A DNA stretch of 64,000 nucleotides, taken from positions 3,307 to 67,306 of IMG/VR virus record IMGVR_UViG_3300044645_002216. One strand, given 5' to 3'. Positions 63,361-64,000 of this stretch are shown here, piece after piece (position 1 is the first letter of the stretch; every line of letters starts with the position of its first letter). The position numbers were made by a program, and so were the translations under genes. The stretch comes from a virus. Below the pieces are notes generated by a model, which did not search any database, was not told where the DNA came from, and worked only from the letters and a program-made list of their open reading frames with translations.

Positions 63361-64000
63361 TGAGTGACAATTTTTTGTGGGTGGAAAAGTGGAGACCAAA
63401 AAAGGTAGAGGATTGTATCCTTCCCGAGGACACTAAAAAAACTTTTTTGGATTTTATTGAAAAGGGAGAAATTCCTAACCTTCTTCTTTCTGGTCCTCCT
63501 GGTATTGGAAAAACTACGATTGCGAAAGCACTATGCGAACAACTTGGTGCAGATTATTATGTAATTAACGGGTCTGATGAAGGGCGTTTCTTGGATACTG
63601 TGCGTAATCAAGCAAAGAATTTTGCTTCAACAGTATCACTTCAAGGAAACGATAGACATAAAGTAATTATTATTGACGAAGCAGACAATACCGGTAGTGA
63701 TGTTCAACTCCTACTACGGGCGAATATTGAGGCATTTTATAACAATTGCCGATTCATCTTCACCTGCAACTACAAGAACAAGATTATTGAACCTCTTCAC
63801 TCCCGATGTGCAGTCATCGATTTCACCATCAAAGGGAAGCAAAGAGTTCAACTTGCAGGTAGTTTCTTTCAACGACTTCAATCAATCTTGGATGCGGAAA
63901 AGATTGAGTATGATGAAAAAGTCGTTGCAGAACTGGTATCAAAACACTTTCCAGATTTCCGCCGAGTCCTCAACGAATGCCAAAGGTATTCTACTGGAGG
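63360..64000 (+). CDS. gp44: Clamp loader large subunit gp44, partial (runs off the window); not in the ORF track
   Basis: Hand translation MSDNFLWVEKWRP...SGPPGIGKTT...INGSDEGR...IIIDEAD...HSRC...FPDFRR; TGATG coupling to the HNH stop codon. Confidence 0.96.
   Translation, partial: MSDNFLWVEKWRPKKVEDCILPEDTKKTFLDFIEKGEIPNLLLSGPPGIGKTTIAKALCEQLGADYYVINGSDEGRFLDTVRNQAKNFASTVSLQGNDRHKVIIIDEADNTGSDVQLLLRANIEAFYNNCRFIFTCNYKNKIIEPLHSRCAVIDFTIKGKQRVQLAGSFFQRLQSILDAEKIEYDEKVVAELVSKHFPDFRRVLNECQRYSTG

Noticed and set aside
1-64000. tRNA, rRNA or photosynthesis genes (psbA, hli)
   Set aside because: None recognised by eye; the intergenic gaps outside 330-2700 are mostly too short. A tRNAscan/Rfam run would be needed to exclude them formally.

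Overview
64 kb of a T4-like cyanomyophage (Kyanoviridae-type) genome; the host cannot be determined from this window. Nearly all genes are on the + strand. From left to right: (i) a partial GIY-YIG homing endonuclease on the - strand; (ii) a ~2.5 kb origin/early-gene-like control region at the strand switch, with DnaA-box-like 9-mers, consensus sigma70 promoters, hairpins and a 28-33 bp repeat that separates small ORFs into cassettes; (iii) a glycosyltransferase and small ORFs; (iv) the baseplate/neck/head/tail module (gp25, gp6, a 4008-aa gp7, gp8, a split DUF4815/VrlC-like virion protein, gp13-gp23, gp3); (v) recombination and replication genes (uvsY, uvsW, gp55, gp47, gp46, CobT-like vWA + CobS AAA+, gp45, DenV-like, HNH, partial gp44). 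Most unusual observations: the DUF4815/VrlC-like gene is split in two and its second half carries a self-processing Hint (intein-like, C...HN-K) domain among Pro/Arg-rich inserts; the repeat-delimited small-gene cassette array; an unannotated 56-aa NblA-like ORF ahead of gp13; a set of putative capsid-targeted, protease-processed internal proteins; and a perfect antisense promoter back-to-back with the gp55 promoter. All family assignments come from recognised motifs and gene order, not from database searches.
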